Shown in pieces: positions 36,994 to 46,567 of a DNA stretch of 64,000 nt. Both the position numbers and the translations under genes were made by a program. The stretch is from NCBI GenBank assembly GCA_050292425.1, contig JBNKLP010000004.1:1239-65238 (forward strand), given 5' to 3'. The notes beneath the pieces were generated by a model. That model searched no databases, was not told where the DNA came from, and was given only the letters and a program-made list of their open reading frames with translations. Every line of letters starts with the position of its first letter. Position 1 is the stretch's first letter. The DNA comes from Candidatus Nanoarchaeia archaeon (GTDB lineage: Archaea > Nanobdellota > Nanobdellia > Woesearchaeales > UBA583).

Positions 36994-37770
36994 ATGGTTT
37001 TAGATCTTGAGGGTTATAAGGAATTATTTGAGGGATTATATATAAGTGAAAGAGTTTATAGTGGAGTTGGAGAAAAAACTCAAATTGAAGTTAAAAAGAA
37101 TTTTGTTGTTTCGACATATTATTATAGAACTCCGACTTTGGAATCTTTTTTGAATGAACTTAAGAGAGGAGCTAGTGATGTTGTTTATGCAAGAACAACT
37201 CCCGAAAAGATATCAGAAAATGAATTCCTAGAGCTTATGGACACATTTGATTCTGAGTTTTTAGTTCGAATTTCTGATGGAACATATGATATAAGACTTG
37301 AAGAAAAATTTAGGAAAAAATTGGAGTCTGAAAGTTCACTTGAAAATAAATTGTATGTTGAAATAGAATATGGAACTATTGATAGTTCAGCAATTGATTT
37401 TACTGAAGATGTTTATGATTATTTGAATCTCAGATGGTCTGCAAAAATTTGTTTAGAAAATGGCAATCTTCCTGATTTTCAGACTTTGAAATCACAAATT
37501 GATCAACAAGTTGATAGTTCACCAATATTTAGAATAGATAAAAAATATTACGATAGCAAAGAAGTTATGAGATTTGTCAAACCAGTTTATAATAATGTTA
37601 GTAAGCAAGGGTTAGATGAAAGCATTATTGATTTCACTGGAGGAGTATTTTATGAGTTTGTAAGTGAGTTTGTAAAAGAAATTTTAGAAGAGGATACTTT
37701 GAATTCTGAAATTAAGGAAGCAGTTAGAGAATTTGATATTTATTTAATGGAAGGAAAATTAATTCATTAA
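36994..37770 (+). CDS. hypothetical protein (258 aa)
   Basis: Long ORF with GGAGAG 7 nt upstream of the ATG. No family recognised. Confidence 0.55.
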   Translation: MVLDLEGYKELFEGLYISERVYSGVGEKTQIEVKKNFVVSTYYYRTPTLESFLNELKRGASDVVYARTTPEKISENEFLELMDTFDSEFLVRISDGTYDIRLEEKFRKKLESESSLENKLYVEIEYGTIDSSAIDFTEDVYDYLNLRWSAKICLENGNLPDFQTLKSQIDQQVDSSPIFRIDKKYYDSKEVMRFVKPVYNNVSKQGLDESIIDFTGGVFYEFVSEFVKEILEEDTLNSEIKEAVREFDIYLMEGKLIH

Positions 37771-37807
37771 ACATCAATTTTAAATAGTTTTTTTGATTCT
37801 TTTTTTT

Positions 37808-38062
37808 ATGGCAAAGATTAAAGTTTATACTAAGCATTTTTGTCCTTATTGTATTAAGGCCAAGATGCTTTTGAAATCAAAGAAGCAGGATTTTGAGGAA
37901 ATTGAATTGAAGTCTCAAGATGAAATGATGGCATTGGTTGAGAAGACAGGAATGATGACTGTTCCTCAGATTTTTATTAATGATGAGCTTATAGGAGGAT
38001 TTGATGATATGGACAAGTTAAATAGGGAAGGCAAACTTGATGGGCTCTTAGCTTTATTGTAA
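37808..38062 (+). CDS. grx: glutaredoxin
   Basis: KVYTKHFCPYCIKAKMLL...TVPQIFINDELIGGFDDM has the CPYC active site and the TVPQ/GGxdD motifs. ATG at 37808 lies inside the TTG-initiated track ORF. Confidence 0.9.
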   Translation: MAKIKVYTKHFCPYCIKAKMLLKSKKQDFEEIELKSQDEMMALVEKTGMMTVPQIFINDELIGGFDDMDKLNREGKLDGLLALL

Positions 38063-38134
38063 ATGTTATTTTTGATAAAGAATACAATTAAGTTTTTAAA
38101 TCAATTTTGACTTCTTTTACTATCTGATTATATT

Positions 38135-38217
38135 GTGGGGGTCGCCCAGTCAGGTCAAAGGCGCTGGATTTAGGCTCCAGTCCGTAAGGTTCGAGGGTTC
38201 AAATCCCTTCCCTCACA
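38135..38217 (+). tRNA. tRNA-Leu (TAG)
   Basis: GTGGGGG...CCCTCAC acceptor stem. Anticodon arm CTGGA-TTTAGGC-TCCAG gives UAG. Long variable arm (TCCGTAAGGTTCGA). T-arm GAGGG-TTCAAAT-CCCTT. Discriminator A. Confidence 0.9.
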
Positions 38218-38331
38218 CTTGTTCTAAAGTTACAAAACTAAAATTTAATAAATAAGTTTTTAGTATATATTGCATTTCCTCATTAGGCAATAGCAAATAA
38301 TCTATTTAATATAGTAAGTGTCGGAATTTGC

Positions 38332-41166
38332 ATGGTAAAAAAAAGCGCTGCCAAATCTGTCAAAAAACCTGTTTCTTCAAAGGCGCAAAAGCAATCTAAA
38401 ACCAAGGTTGCAGCAAAGCCAAAACAAGAAAAGAAAGTAGTTTCAACTAAACCAAAAGTTGAAAGAAAAGAGTCAGAATTCACAAAGGATGATATGAAAC
38501 TTATTGAGAATAGTTTCAAGCTTGTAAAAAATTTAAATTCCCAAGTTTCCAAGGTTCAGGAAGTCAAGGAGAGGTTGCAAAAGGATGTAGTTAAGTTGGG
38601 ACAGAGACTTGATTTACATGAGAAGAATGTAGAGCCTAAAAAGGAGGCAAATGTTTTAGCGGTGCTTAAAGATGAGTTGATTAAAGAGTTTGAACCAATT
38701 TTAAAGAAGTTTAATTTAAAGACAATCAAGGTTGATATGTTTAAAGAAGTTGGAAATGTTGTTGAAGCAGAACTTGCAAAAGTAAAGTCTGAAATAGATA
38801 GCACTTCAAAGAGGACACACAGGGATTTTAATAAGAAATTTTCTGAACTTGAATTGAGACTTGTTGATTCTCTTTCTGCAAATGATAAGATTAAACGAGA
38901 GTTGAAGAATTTTGAATCAAAGAAAGTTGCAAAGATTACGGCAGAGCTTGAAGAGAAGATAAAAGTTGCAATAGATAATGCATCAAAGACACTTTATTCA
39001 AATTATGTTGCTAATACAAATCAGCTTGAGTTTATGAAGGAGGAACTTAGAAGACAAAAAGATGTTTCAACTGCAATTCAAAGTTCTTTAGAAGGTTTTA
39101 AAGAACAATTGAAAAAAGAACTTACAGATGATGGTGTTGATTTGAGCATGATTGAATCAAAGATTCAAAAAATTGAACAAGACATGGTTTCTCAAGCTGC
39201 TCTTATTGAGAAGTATGAAAATGATCTTTATGAAAGAAAGAAAGGAGAAGAGATTGATATGGAAAAGAAGTTCTCCAAGATGCTTGAAAAGGCAAAATCT
39301 GAGATTAATGAAGTTCATAGAGAAAGAGGAGCTACAGAGGAGTTTTTGGTTGACAAGGTTAATGAGATTATAGATCAGGTTAATACTTTTGAGGATAAAT
39401 TCAAAAAGAATGAAAAGCTTGATATTGAAAATATTAAGAAAGATACAATTGCATTTTTGAAGAGTGATGTAGATAATCTGGTTGGTGTTGAACTTGTAAA
39501 GATTGAAGATGAAAAGAAGAGGCTTATGCAGGATGTGTTTGCTGCAAAGATGGCTTTTGATGAGATTGATGTAAAGGCGCAAAAGAATGCAGCTGATGTT
39601 TTGAAAATTATCAGTGATTTTAAGAATGAAGTTGATTTGTCATTGAAGGGTCTTTCAGGGGAAAATATTCAAATGAGACAGTTTTTTGAGAAGAAATCTG
39701 CGGAAATTGAAATTTTGGAGAAACAAATTGATAAGATGCTTGCAAAGAAACTTGAAGTTCAAAGAGGACTGGTTAATGCTGAGATTGCAAAACTAGAAAG
39801 TTTAGGAAATGATATTTCCAATTTGAACAGGGAGTCAGTAGTGAAGACAAAAGAGAATTTTGCAGCTGAAATGGGAGAAAAACTTGTAATAATGCAGAAA
39901 GCAAATGATGATGCTTTTGCAAAGCAACTGGTTTCCATAAATGAGTTTATGACAAGACTTTCAACTCAGAACAGAGAAGAAGTTCAAAGGCTTACTGAGG
40001 ATATTGAGAACAAGTTTGTTGTTGCAAAACTGCAGTTTGAAGGAGATTATGATGAACATTTGAAGAGTTTTGATAATACTTTGCAAGCTAAGCAGAATGA
40101 GTTTGTAGAGAAAATGAATGCTCTTGAAGTTGAGAAGAGCAAGATGATTGATGATTTGACAAAGTTCAAGGAAGATTTGACTCTTTTGACAAAAAATTAC
40201 ATTGATGAACTTCACACTGAGTTTGATAAGATCAAAACTGAAGAAGCTAATTTTGAAACTCAAAAGGATGAATTCATGACTCAGATCCAAAGGGAGACCA
40301 AAGCAAGAGTTCAGCAATTAGAAGATACTGGAGAGGAAGTTGGAAAGAAGCTTGTTGATGTAATTAATGAGCAGAAAGAGATTTTTGATAGGCATGAAAA
40401 TACTTTTCGAGATGTATTTATGCAAAAGATCAGCAATCTTGCAGAAGTTCAGACAAAGAAACTTGATAATATTGAGAGGAAGTTTATTGATAAAAATGTT
40501 CGAGTTGTAAAGGATAGAATAAGAGAAGAAATAAAGGCACTTGAACTTTTTGAGGAGAGGCTAACTTCAAAAGAGGATGAGTTTAGACAAAGAGTTGAGA
40601 TGATGCTTGAGAAGGAAGAGAATTTTGAAGCTGATGTTTTAGCTCAGGAAGAACAGCTTAAGGAGAAGGTTGAGGAGAGATTAGTAGGGCTTGAGAAGCA
40701 ACTTAATAAAAGGTTTTTAGAGATCGATTCTAATTTTACATCATTTAAAGGAATTGTTGTTGATGAGATGGAGGATTTGATGAATGATGTGAAGAAGCTT
40801 GTAGATGATAAAGCAGCAGAGCTTGAAGGAAGTATAATCAAAGCGAATTTTGTTGCTAAGGAAGTAGCAAAGAGAACTAAGGAATTTGAAGAGTTAAAGA
40901 GTTCAGTTGAGCCTCAAATTTCTGATTTGAGAGATGAGGTTAATGATATGAGGATAAAGCTTGAGATTATCTCGCCTACACATATGAGTATGAATGATCA
41001 TGTTCATCACATGAGTGCTTATGAGGATCAGCTTATTTCTTTGATTGAGTCTTTGAAGAAGAAGTATGTACCTGATGAACATATCAAGGAAGTTTTGGTT
41101 AAAAAAGGGCATCCTAAGTTCTATGTTTCAATGATTGTTGATAATTTTGATGAAATTTACAATTAA
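38332..41166 (+). CDS. 944-aa coiled-coil protein with Lys/Ala/Pro-rich basic N-terminal tail
   Basis: N-terminus MVKKSAAKSVKKPVSSKAQKQSKTKVAAKPKQEKKVVSTKPK, then about 800 aa of heptad-like K/E/L-rich sequence and a small globular C-terminus. No Walker motifs. Confidence 0.7.
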   Translation: MVKKSAAKSVKKPVSSKAQKQSKTKVAAKPKQEKKVVSTKPKVERKESEFTKDDMKLIENSFKLVKNLNSQVSKVQEVKERLQKDVVKLGQRLDLHEKNVEPKKEANVLAVLKDELIKEFEPILKKFNLKTIKVDMFKEVGNVVEAELAKVKSEIDSTSKRTHRDFNKKFSELELRLVDSLSANDKIKRELKNFESKKVAKITAELEEKIKVAIDNASKTLYSNYVANTNQLEFMKEELRRQKDVSTAIQSSLEGFKEQLKKELTDDGVDLSMIESKIQKIEQDMVSQAALIEKYENDLYERKKGEEIDMEKKFSKMLEKAKSEINEVHRERGATEEFLVDKVNEIIDQVNTFEDKFKKNEKLDIENIKKDTIAFLKSDVDNLVGVELVKIEDEKKRLMQDVFAAKMAFDEIDVKAQKNAADVLKIISDFKNEVDLSLKGLSGENIQMRQFFEKKSAEIEILEKQIDKMLAKKLEVQRGLVNAEIAKLESLGNDISNLNRESVVKTKENFAAEMGEKLVIMQKANDDAFAKQLVSINEFMTRLSTQNREEVQRLTEDIENKFVVAKLQFEGDYDEHLKSFDNTLQAKQNEFVEKMNALEVEKSKMIDDLTKFKEDLTLLTKNYIDELHTEFDKIKTEEANFETQKDEFMTQIQRETKARVQQLEDTGEEVGKKLVDVINEQKEIFDRHENTFRDVFMQKISNLAEVQTKKLDNIERKFIDKNVRVVKDRIREEIKALELFEERLTSKEDEFRQRVEMMLEKEENFEADVLAQEEQLKEKVEERLVGLEKQLNKRFLEIDSNFTSFKGIVVDEMEDLMNDVKKLVDDKAAELEGSIIKANFVAKEVAKRTKEFEELKSSVEPQISDLRDEVNDMRIKLEIISPTHMSMNDHVHHMSAYEDQLISLIESLKKKYVPDEHIKEVLVKKGHPKFYVSMIVDNFDEIYN

Positions 41167-41168
41167 CG

Positions 41169-42143
41169 ATGAAATTCATTTTTCCTTTTTTGTTAATTGG
41201 AACTTTATCAATGTTTTTTGCTGAAATTTTTTCTGGAGCATCACAGATGTGGTTTGTTAATCCTTTTGGGTTGCTTTTGACTTTTCCTTTGTATTTGGGG
41301 CATATTGTGTTTTTCTTATGGATTGGATTGAAAACAAAAAGAATTTCTTTAATGCAATTGTATCTTTTTGGAGTTTTGTTTGGGTTGTATGAGTCATGGA
41401 TTACTAAGGTTTTATGGAGTGGATATATGACTGAGAGTGGTGGAGAAATTGTAACTTTTTTAGGAGTTGGAATTGCTCAGTTTCCAATTTTGGTGTTTTT
41501 TTGGCATCCTGTAATGTCTTTTATAATGCCAATATTAGTTTATCAAATTCTGAGTGGAAATATTTTGATTGAACATGAAAGTATTTTGAAGAAAACTAGA
41601 TTGAAGTCTGTTTTATTATATTTATGTGGAGTTTTGTTTGCTACATTTATTGCAACTAATGGAGGTTTTAATCTTGCAGTTGTTGATATTGCTTTTTTGG
41701 GAACTTTGTTTTTGATTTTTGTGTTTTATAAATTTTCCAAAGGAGCTGATTTGTTTAGTTTATTTGTTGGAAAGTTTGGTTTTAGAGTTTGGTCAAGTTA
41801 TTTAGTATTGTTTTATGTTTTGACTTTTTTGTTTTTGCTTCCAGAAAGAATGCCTCATCAAGTGTTGCCTTATGTTACTGTGATAGTTTTTTATATTTTA
41901 GTGATTTGGTTATTGCAAAGAACTTCAGAAGTTTCATTGAATTTGAAGAAGTTAAGTATGAGTTCTTATCAGAAGAGAGATTTAATGATTTATTTTGTAT
42001 TTTTGTTTGTGTTAATTAATATTTTTTGTCTTGTTTCTGCAGTTTCTTCTTTTTTGATGCTTTTTGGTTATTTGATTTTTATAGTTGTTGGAGTTATTTT
42101 GTTTGTTAGAGTTGTTTATGGAGTATTTAAGAAAAGCTTATAA
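41169..42143 (+). CDS. polytopic membrane protein (324 aa)
   Basis: About 9 hydrophobic helices. Starts 2 nt after the preceding stop. Confidence 0.6.
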   Translation: MKFIFPFLLIGTLSMFFAEIFSGASQMWFVNPFGLLLTFPLYLGHIVFFLWIGLKTKRISLMQLYLFGVLFGLYESWITKVLWSGYMTESGGEIVTFLGVGIAQFPILVFFWHPVMSFIMPILVYQILSGNILIEHESILKKTRLKSVLLYLCGVLFATFIATNGGFNLAVVDIAFLGTLFLIFVFYKFSKGADLFSLFVGKFGFRVWSSYLVLFYVLTFLFLLPERMPHQVLPYVTVIVFYILVIWLLQRTSEVSLNLKKLSMSSYQKRDLMIYFVFLFVLINIFCLVSAVSSFLMLFGYLIFIVVGVILFVRVVYGVFKKSL

Positions 42144-42146
42144 ATA
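42137..42146 (+). promoter_or_regulatory. TATA box (CTTATAAATA) for rpoN
   Basis: Lies 21-30 nt upstream of the ATG at 42167. Confidence 0.45.
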
Positions 42147-42166
42147 ATTTTTAGTTAGTTTTAGTT

Positions 42167-42358
42167 ATGATTGTTCCAGTTAGATGTTTTTCATGTGGTA
42201 GGCCTATTGGGTCATTGTGGAAGAAGTATCAGAAACTTCTTGAAGATGGCAAGAGTGTTAAGGAAGCTTTAGATGAGCTTAAGCTTAAGAGATTCTGTTG
42301 CAGAGGGGCTATTATGAGCCATGTTGAGTCTATCCAGATTGTTGGTAGATACAAGTAA
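42167..42358 (+). CDS. rpoN: DNA-directed RNA polymerase subunit N (Rpo10)
   Basis: MIVPVRCFSCGRPIG..W..Y.......G......LDELKLKRFCCRGAIMSHV is the RPB10/RpoN zinc-bundle signature. Confidence 0.9.
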   Translation: MIVPVRCFSCGRPIGSLWKKYQKLLEDGKSVKEALDELKLKRFCCRGAIMSHVESIQIVGRYK

Positions 42359-42375
42359 TCAAAGATTACTAGACA

Positions 42376-42395
42376 CTTTGAGTTGAGACTCAAAG
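42376..42395 (+). terminator. perfect 8-bp hairpin downstream of rpoN
   Basis: CTTTGAGT-TGAG-ACTCAAAG starts 18 nt after the stop. No immediate T-run, so its function is uncertain. Confidence 0.3.
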
Positions 42396-42440
42396 AGTAT
42401 AGATAATTTTATAATTTAAAATTTATTTCTAGTTTTAGCA

Positions 42441-43445
42441 ATGGGATATCCTTATAATATTTTAGTGGCACCAGCTGTTCTTTATTTAAATCCAGGTATT
42501 ACTAAAGAGGAATATATCCAATTATTAGATGAAACTCATTCTTCTTGTTTTAGAGAATATACAAGAGAAGATTCTTGGGAAGAATATAGAGTTGAAGATG
42601 AAGATAAGAGTTTTCATAATGGAATTAGTGGTTTAGCGAGAATTTTAAATTTAGAATATAGTGATGAGTTTAAAAAATTTCAAAAATATAATGAGGATGA
42701 TTCAGGATTAATTATACATCCTATTCAAATGTTTCCTGATGAAAGAAAGGGATGTTTAAAATATGTAGTAATAATACATGAAAGAAATGAAGTTGGAGAT
42801 TTAAAAGTAGTAAATGAATTATCTTGGGGGCAATTGAAAGAAGGTGACATTTGGGGAGATGTTTTTTGTGGAACAGATAAAGGAATTGTTGCTAAAATTT
42901 TGACAGAAGATAAGTTATATGATAAGGATGAAAATGATGATGAGGGAAGTCCAAAATATTCTTATAAAATGCAAATTAGATCTATAGAGGAAATATCCAG
43001 AAGAGAAGAATTCGAAACTGAAGAAGATTTATTTAAAAGTTGGCCACATTATAATCCAATGAATATGTTTGATTGGAGTTTAGAAAAAGGTTATTTTAGT
43101 GTAGGTTTTTTGGGAAATAATTTAGATTTTTCTTGGGTTAAAAGAGGAGAAAAATATTACTTTAATTCCGAATCCTTTGATCGAATGAGTGCAAGTGTAA
43201 GGTCAGGCAAATTGGGATATACTGATTTAGTTTTAACTTCTGAGGCGATAAAATATAAGGCTTGGAAAGTTTTATCTTATAAAGGAAACCAACATTTTGG
43301 ACAATTTTTAAAAGATTTTCCAGAAGTTATGGAAGTTTATAAAAAAATAGTGTGGGATTCTCAGACTTCTGAGTTTGCAAAAAAAAGAAAGATGAAAGTT
43401 AATGATTTTTTAAGAATGAGAATGGGAGTTTTTGATTTTTTATAA
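42441..43445 (+). CDS. hypothetical protein (334 aa)
   Basis: Long ORF between rpoN and gatE. No family recognised. Confidence 0.55.
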   Translation: MGYPYNILVAPAVLYLNPGITKEEYIQLLDETHSSCFREYTREDSWEEYRVEDEDKSFHNGISGLARILNLEYSDEFKKFQKYNEDDSGLIIHPIQMFPDERKGCLKYVVIIHERNEVGDLKVVNELSWGQLKEGDIWGDVFCGTDKGIVAKILTEDKLYDKDENDDEGSPKYSYKMQIRSIEEISRREEFETEEDLFKSWPHYNPMNMFDWSLEKGYFSVGFLGNNLDFSWVKRGEKYYFNSESFDRMSASVRSGKLGYTDLVLTSEAIKYKAWKVLSYKGNQHFGQFLKDFPEVMEVYKKIVWDSQTSEFAKKRKMKVNDFLRMRMGVFDFL

Positions 43446-43482
43446 CAATATATTTATATATGGTCTTTCTTTTCTTAAAGTT

Positions 43483-45411
43483 ATGAGTAAATTGATAGAA
43501 TTTAGTTCTTTGAAGGATTTGGATTATAAAAAGCTGGGACTTAAGTGTGGACTTGAGATTCATCAGCAGCTTAATACTGGGAAACTTTTTTGTTCTTGTC
43601 CTTGTGATATTGTGCCAAATGATACCTTGGACAAAGAAGTTGAGAGAAAGTTAAGGTTTTCATTATCAGAAACTGGAGAAATTGACAAGGCTGCTTTGAA
43701 TGAGTTCAAGAAGGGAAAGTTTAATGTTTACAAGTATAATGACAAAATAGCTTGTCTTGTTGATTTGGATGAAGAGCCTCCAAAGGGACCTAACAGAGCA
43801 GCTTTGAATACTGCTGTTAGAGTTGGTCAGATGCTTAATGTGACTTTTTTTGATAAGTTCCAGTTTATGAGAAAACTTATTATTGATGGGAGTGTTACAG
43901 GTGGTTTTCAGAGAACCGCAATGTTAGGTTTTGGAGGATATCTAGATACTTCTTTTGGAAAGGTTGTAATTGAAGGGATTAATGTTGAGGAAGATTCTTG
44001 TAGAACTTTAACTCGAGAGCATGGACATACAATTTTTTCACTTGACAGACAAGGGATTCCTCTTATTGAGATTACAACAGGACCTCAGATTCATGAGCCT
44101 GAGCAAGTTTATGATGCAGCAAGACAGATTGGAAATATTTTGAGAAGCTTTTCTGAAACAAGAAGAGGTCTTGGAACTATAAGACAGGATGTTAATGTAT
44201 CAATTATTGGTGGTGCAAGAATTGAAATTAAGGGAGCACAGAATTTGAAGCTTTTACCTGATGTTGTTGCAAATGAAGTTAAAAGGCAGATGATTTACAT
44301 CTCAATCTTAGATGAGCTTAAAGAAAGAGGAATTGATGATAATAATTTTAGTGATTGGAAAATAGTTGATATTAGTGAAGTGTTTGTAAAGACTACTTCA
44401 AAGGTAGTTTTGTCTAATTTAGAAGGAGATGAAACAGGGGTTTTTGGAATTAAATTGAATGGTTTTAAAGGGATTCTAGGTTGTGAGATGCAAGAGAATT
44501 TCAGGTTTGCAACTGAGATTTCAGATAGGAATAAGGGACATTTTCCAACTATTAAAGGATTATTTCATTCAGATGAGTTGCCAAAGTATGGAATAACTGA
44601 AGATGAAGTTGCTCAAGTTGCAAAGAAGCTAGGAATAAGTAAAAATGATGGTTTTATCATTTTGGCAGGTAAGAGCAGTGTTGTGAAGAAATCTTTGAAG
44701 TTTATTCTGGAAATTATTGAAGAGCTTATTGCAGGAGTTCCAACTGAGGTTAGACAGGTTGATCCTAAAGGTGTTGTGACAAAGTTTTCTCGTCCAATGC
44801 CAGGAAGTGCAAGAATGTATCCTGAAACTGATGTTCCAGATATTGAGGTTACTGAAAAATATTTGAAGGAGATGAAGGAGAAGATTCCTGAGCTTTACAG
44901 TGATAGACTTTCAAGAGTAACTAAGGATTTGAAGTTGGATGAGAGTAAAGTTTTAGATTTTATGGATAAGTTTAGTGAGGATGAAGTTAAGAGTTTGCTT
45001 GAGGTGAGTGGAAAGAGTGCATCTGCTCTTTATGGGATTGTTTTTGATATTCCTAAGGATATTAAAAAGAGAGAGAAGATTGAGCCAGTTGATTTTAAGT
45101 ATTCGTTGTTTGAGTCTTTGTTGAGGGAGTCAAAGGAGAATGATTTTAATCAAAGTGTAATTAGGGATATTTTTATTAGTTTGTATAAAGATAAGCTTGA
45201 TGAAGTTGTTGATTTGAAGGCTTATTTAGATGAGAAGGGATTGATTGCTGAACAAGTTGATGATGGAGAAATTGAGGCTAAGTTGAGAGAAATTGTTGAG
45301 GCGCATAAGGGAGCTCCAATGGGCGCTTTGATGGGTCAGGCGATGAAGGCTTTTGGAGGGGCAGTTGATGGGAAGAAGATTAGTGAGTTACTCAAGAAAT
45401 TAATGAATTAG
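43483..45411 (+). CDS. gatE: Glu-tRNA(Gln) amidotransferase subunit E (archaeal GatE)
   Basis: GLKCGLEIHQQL.TGKLFCSCP, the GatE-specific insertion domain, a GatB-like core and YqeY-like tail (GAPMGALMGQAMK). Start at ATG 43483 (MSKLIEF). Confidence 0.9.
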   Translation: MSKLIEFSSLKDLDYKKLGLKCGLEIHQQLNTGKLFCSCPCDIVPNDTLDKEVERKLRFSLSETGEIDKAALNEFKKGKFNVYKYNDKIACLVDLDEEPPKGPNRAALNTAVRVGQMLNVTFFDKFQFMRKLIIDGSVTGGFQRTAMLGFGGYLDTSFGKVVIEGINVEEDSCRTLTREHGHTIFSLDRQGIPLIEITTGPQIHEPEQVYDAARQIGNILRSFSETRRGLGTIRQDVNVSIIGGARIEIKGAQNLKLLPDVVANEVKRQMIYISILDELKERGIDDNNFSDWKIVDISEVFVKTTSKVVLSNLEGDETGVFGIKLNGFKGILGCEMQENFRFATEISDRNKGHFPTIKGLFHSDELPKYGITEDEVAQVAKKLGISKNDGFIILAGKSSVVKKSLKFILEIIEELIAGVPTEVRQVDPKGVVTKFSRPMPGSARMYPETDVPDIEVTEKYLKEMKEKIPELYSDRLSRVTKDLKLDESKVLDFMDKFSEDEVKSLLEVSGKSASALYGIVFDIPKDIKKREKIEPVDFKYSLFESLLRESKENDFNQSVIRDIFISLYKDKLDEVVDLKAYLDEKGLIAEQVDDGEIEAKLREIVEAHKGAPMGALMGQAMKAFGGAVDGKKISELLKKLMN

Positions 45412-45463
45412 TTTTTTGGTATACCTGAATTTTCAAATCATTGCATGTTATGTAAGTTGAAAA

Positions 45464-45802
45464 TTAGTTAAAAATTAAATAAATTATAATTAAAATAGTT
45501 GTATATATTACTGAGGTTAAGAAAATAGTATGAAAATCATCAAAGAATTTCTTTTTTTCTTTGTTAATTAAGAAAATTATAGAATTGATTAGAATTGAAA
45601 TAATAAAAATTAAGATTAGGTATGTAAAATATTCAAATATAATTCCACTTAAAATTTCAATATAACGCAAACCAATGTATGTTTTAAGAAATGTTGTTTC
45701 ATCTAAATATTCTCTATATGTAAAAAATATCATACAAATTTCTATTAATCCTGAGATTATTAAAACATCTGAATATTTTTTAAGTAATTTTATTTTTTCC
45801 AT
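45464..45802 (-). CDS. small membrane protein (112 aa)
   Basis: Three hydrophobic helices. Only ORF in this interval. Confidence 0.4.
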   Translation of the reverse strand: MEKIKLLKKYSDVLIISGLIEICMIFFTYREYLDETTFLKTYIGLRYIEILSGIIFEYFTYLILIFIISILINSIIFLINKEKKKFFDDFHTIFLTSVIYTTILIIIYLIFN

Positions 45803-45894
45803 AATATTAATTTATTATAAACTAAATCTTTTATAATTTTATCTAATGTGTCTTCTTAAATAGTTTTATAAAAAATCTTATTCTAACTAGTTTT

Positions 45895-46560
45895 ATGACA
45901 AACAATCCAATTGATATGATTCCTGATAATGTGAAGAAGTATCTGAAGAAGCAGAAGATAAATGAACTAAGACCATCACAGGAAAAATCAATCAAAAAAG
46001 GGTTGTTTAAGAATAATCATAATCAAATAGTCTGTACCCCAACAGGGAGTGGAAAGACACTTGTTGCTGAGCTTGCCATGCTTGATACACTTTTAAACAA
46101 GAAGAAAAGAGTTATTTACATAGTTCCTCTTAAGGCGCTTGCATCAGAGAAGTATAAGGAGTTTAAAGATTTGTATGGAGATGATTTGAAGATTAGAATT
46201 GCAATTGGTGAGATTCAAAATGAGAGATATAATTATGATTATGATTTGCTTATTGTGACTGCTGAGAAATTAGATAGTCTGATAAGGCATGACAAGAGTT
46301 TGCTTGATGATCTAGGATTACTTATTGTTGATGAGATTCATCTGCTTAATGATGAGAAGAGAGGTCCAACTTTAGAGATTTTACTTAGTATTTTCAAGGC
46401 AAAGTACAAAAAGATAAGAATTATTGGACTTTCGGCAACTATTGGGAATGCTCAGGAGATTTCTGACTGGCTTGCAGCTGATTTGGTTGAAGATGATTGG
46501 CGTCCAGTTGAACTTCAGCATTATGTTTTAATGGGCGATGAATTGCTTAGGTACAAGTAA
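45895..46560 (+). CDS. Ski2/Hel308-like helicase, N-terminal RecA1 domain only (truncated or split gene)
   Basis: Motif I TPTGSGKT, Ia PLKALASEK, II DEIH and III LSAT, then WRPVEL and a stop. RecA2, the winged helix and the ratchet domains are absent. Confidence 0.75.
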   Translation: MTNNPIDMIPDNVKKYLKKQKINELRPSQEKSIKKGLFKNNHNQIVCTPTGSGKTLVAELAMLDTLLNKKKRVIYIVPLKALASEKYKEFKDLYGDDLKIRIAIGEIQNERYNYDYDLLIVTAEKLDSLIRHDKSLLDDLGLLIVDEIHLLNDEKRGPTLEILLSIFKAKYKKIRIIGLSATIGNAQEISDWLAADLVEDDWRPVELQHYVLMGDELLRYK

Positions 46561-46567
46561 ATGAAAA

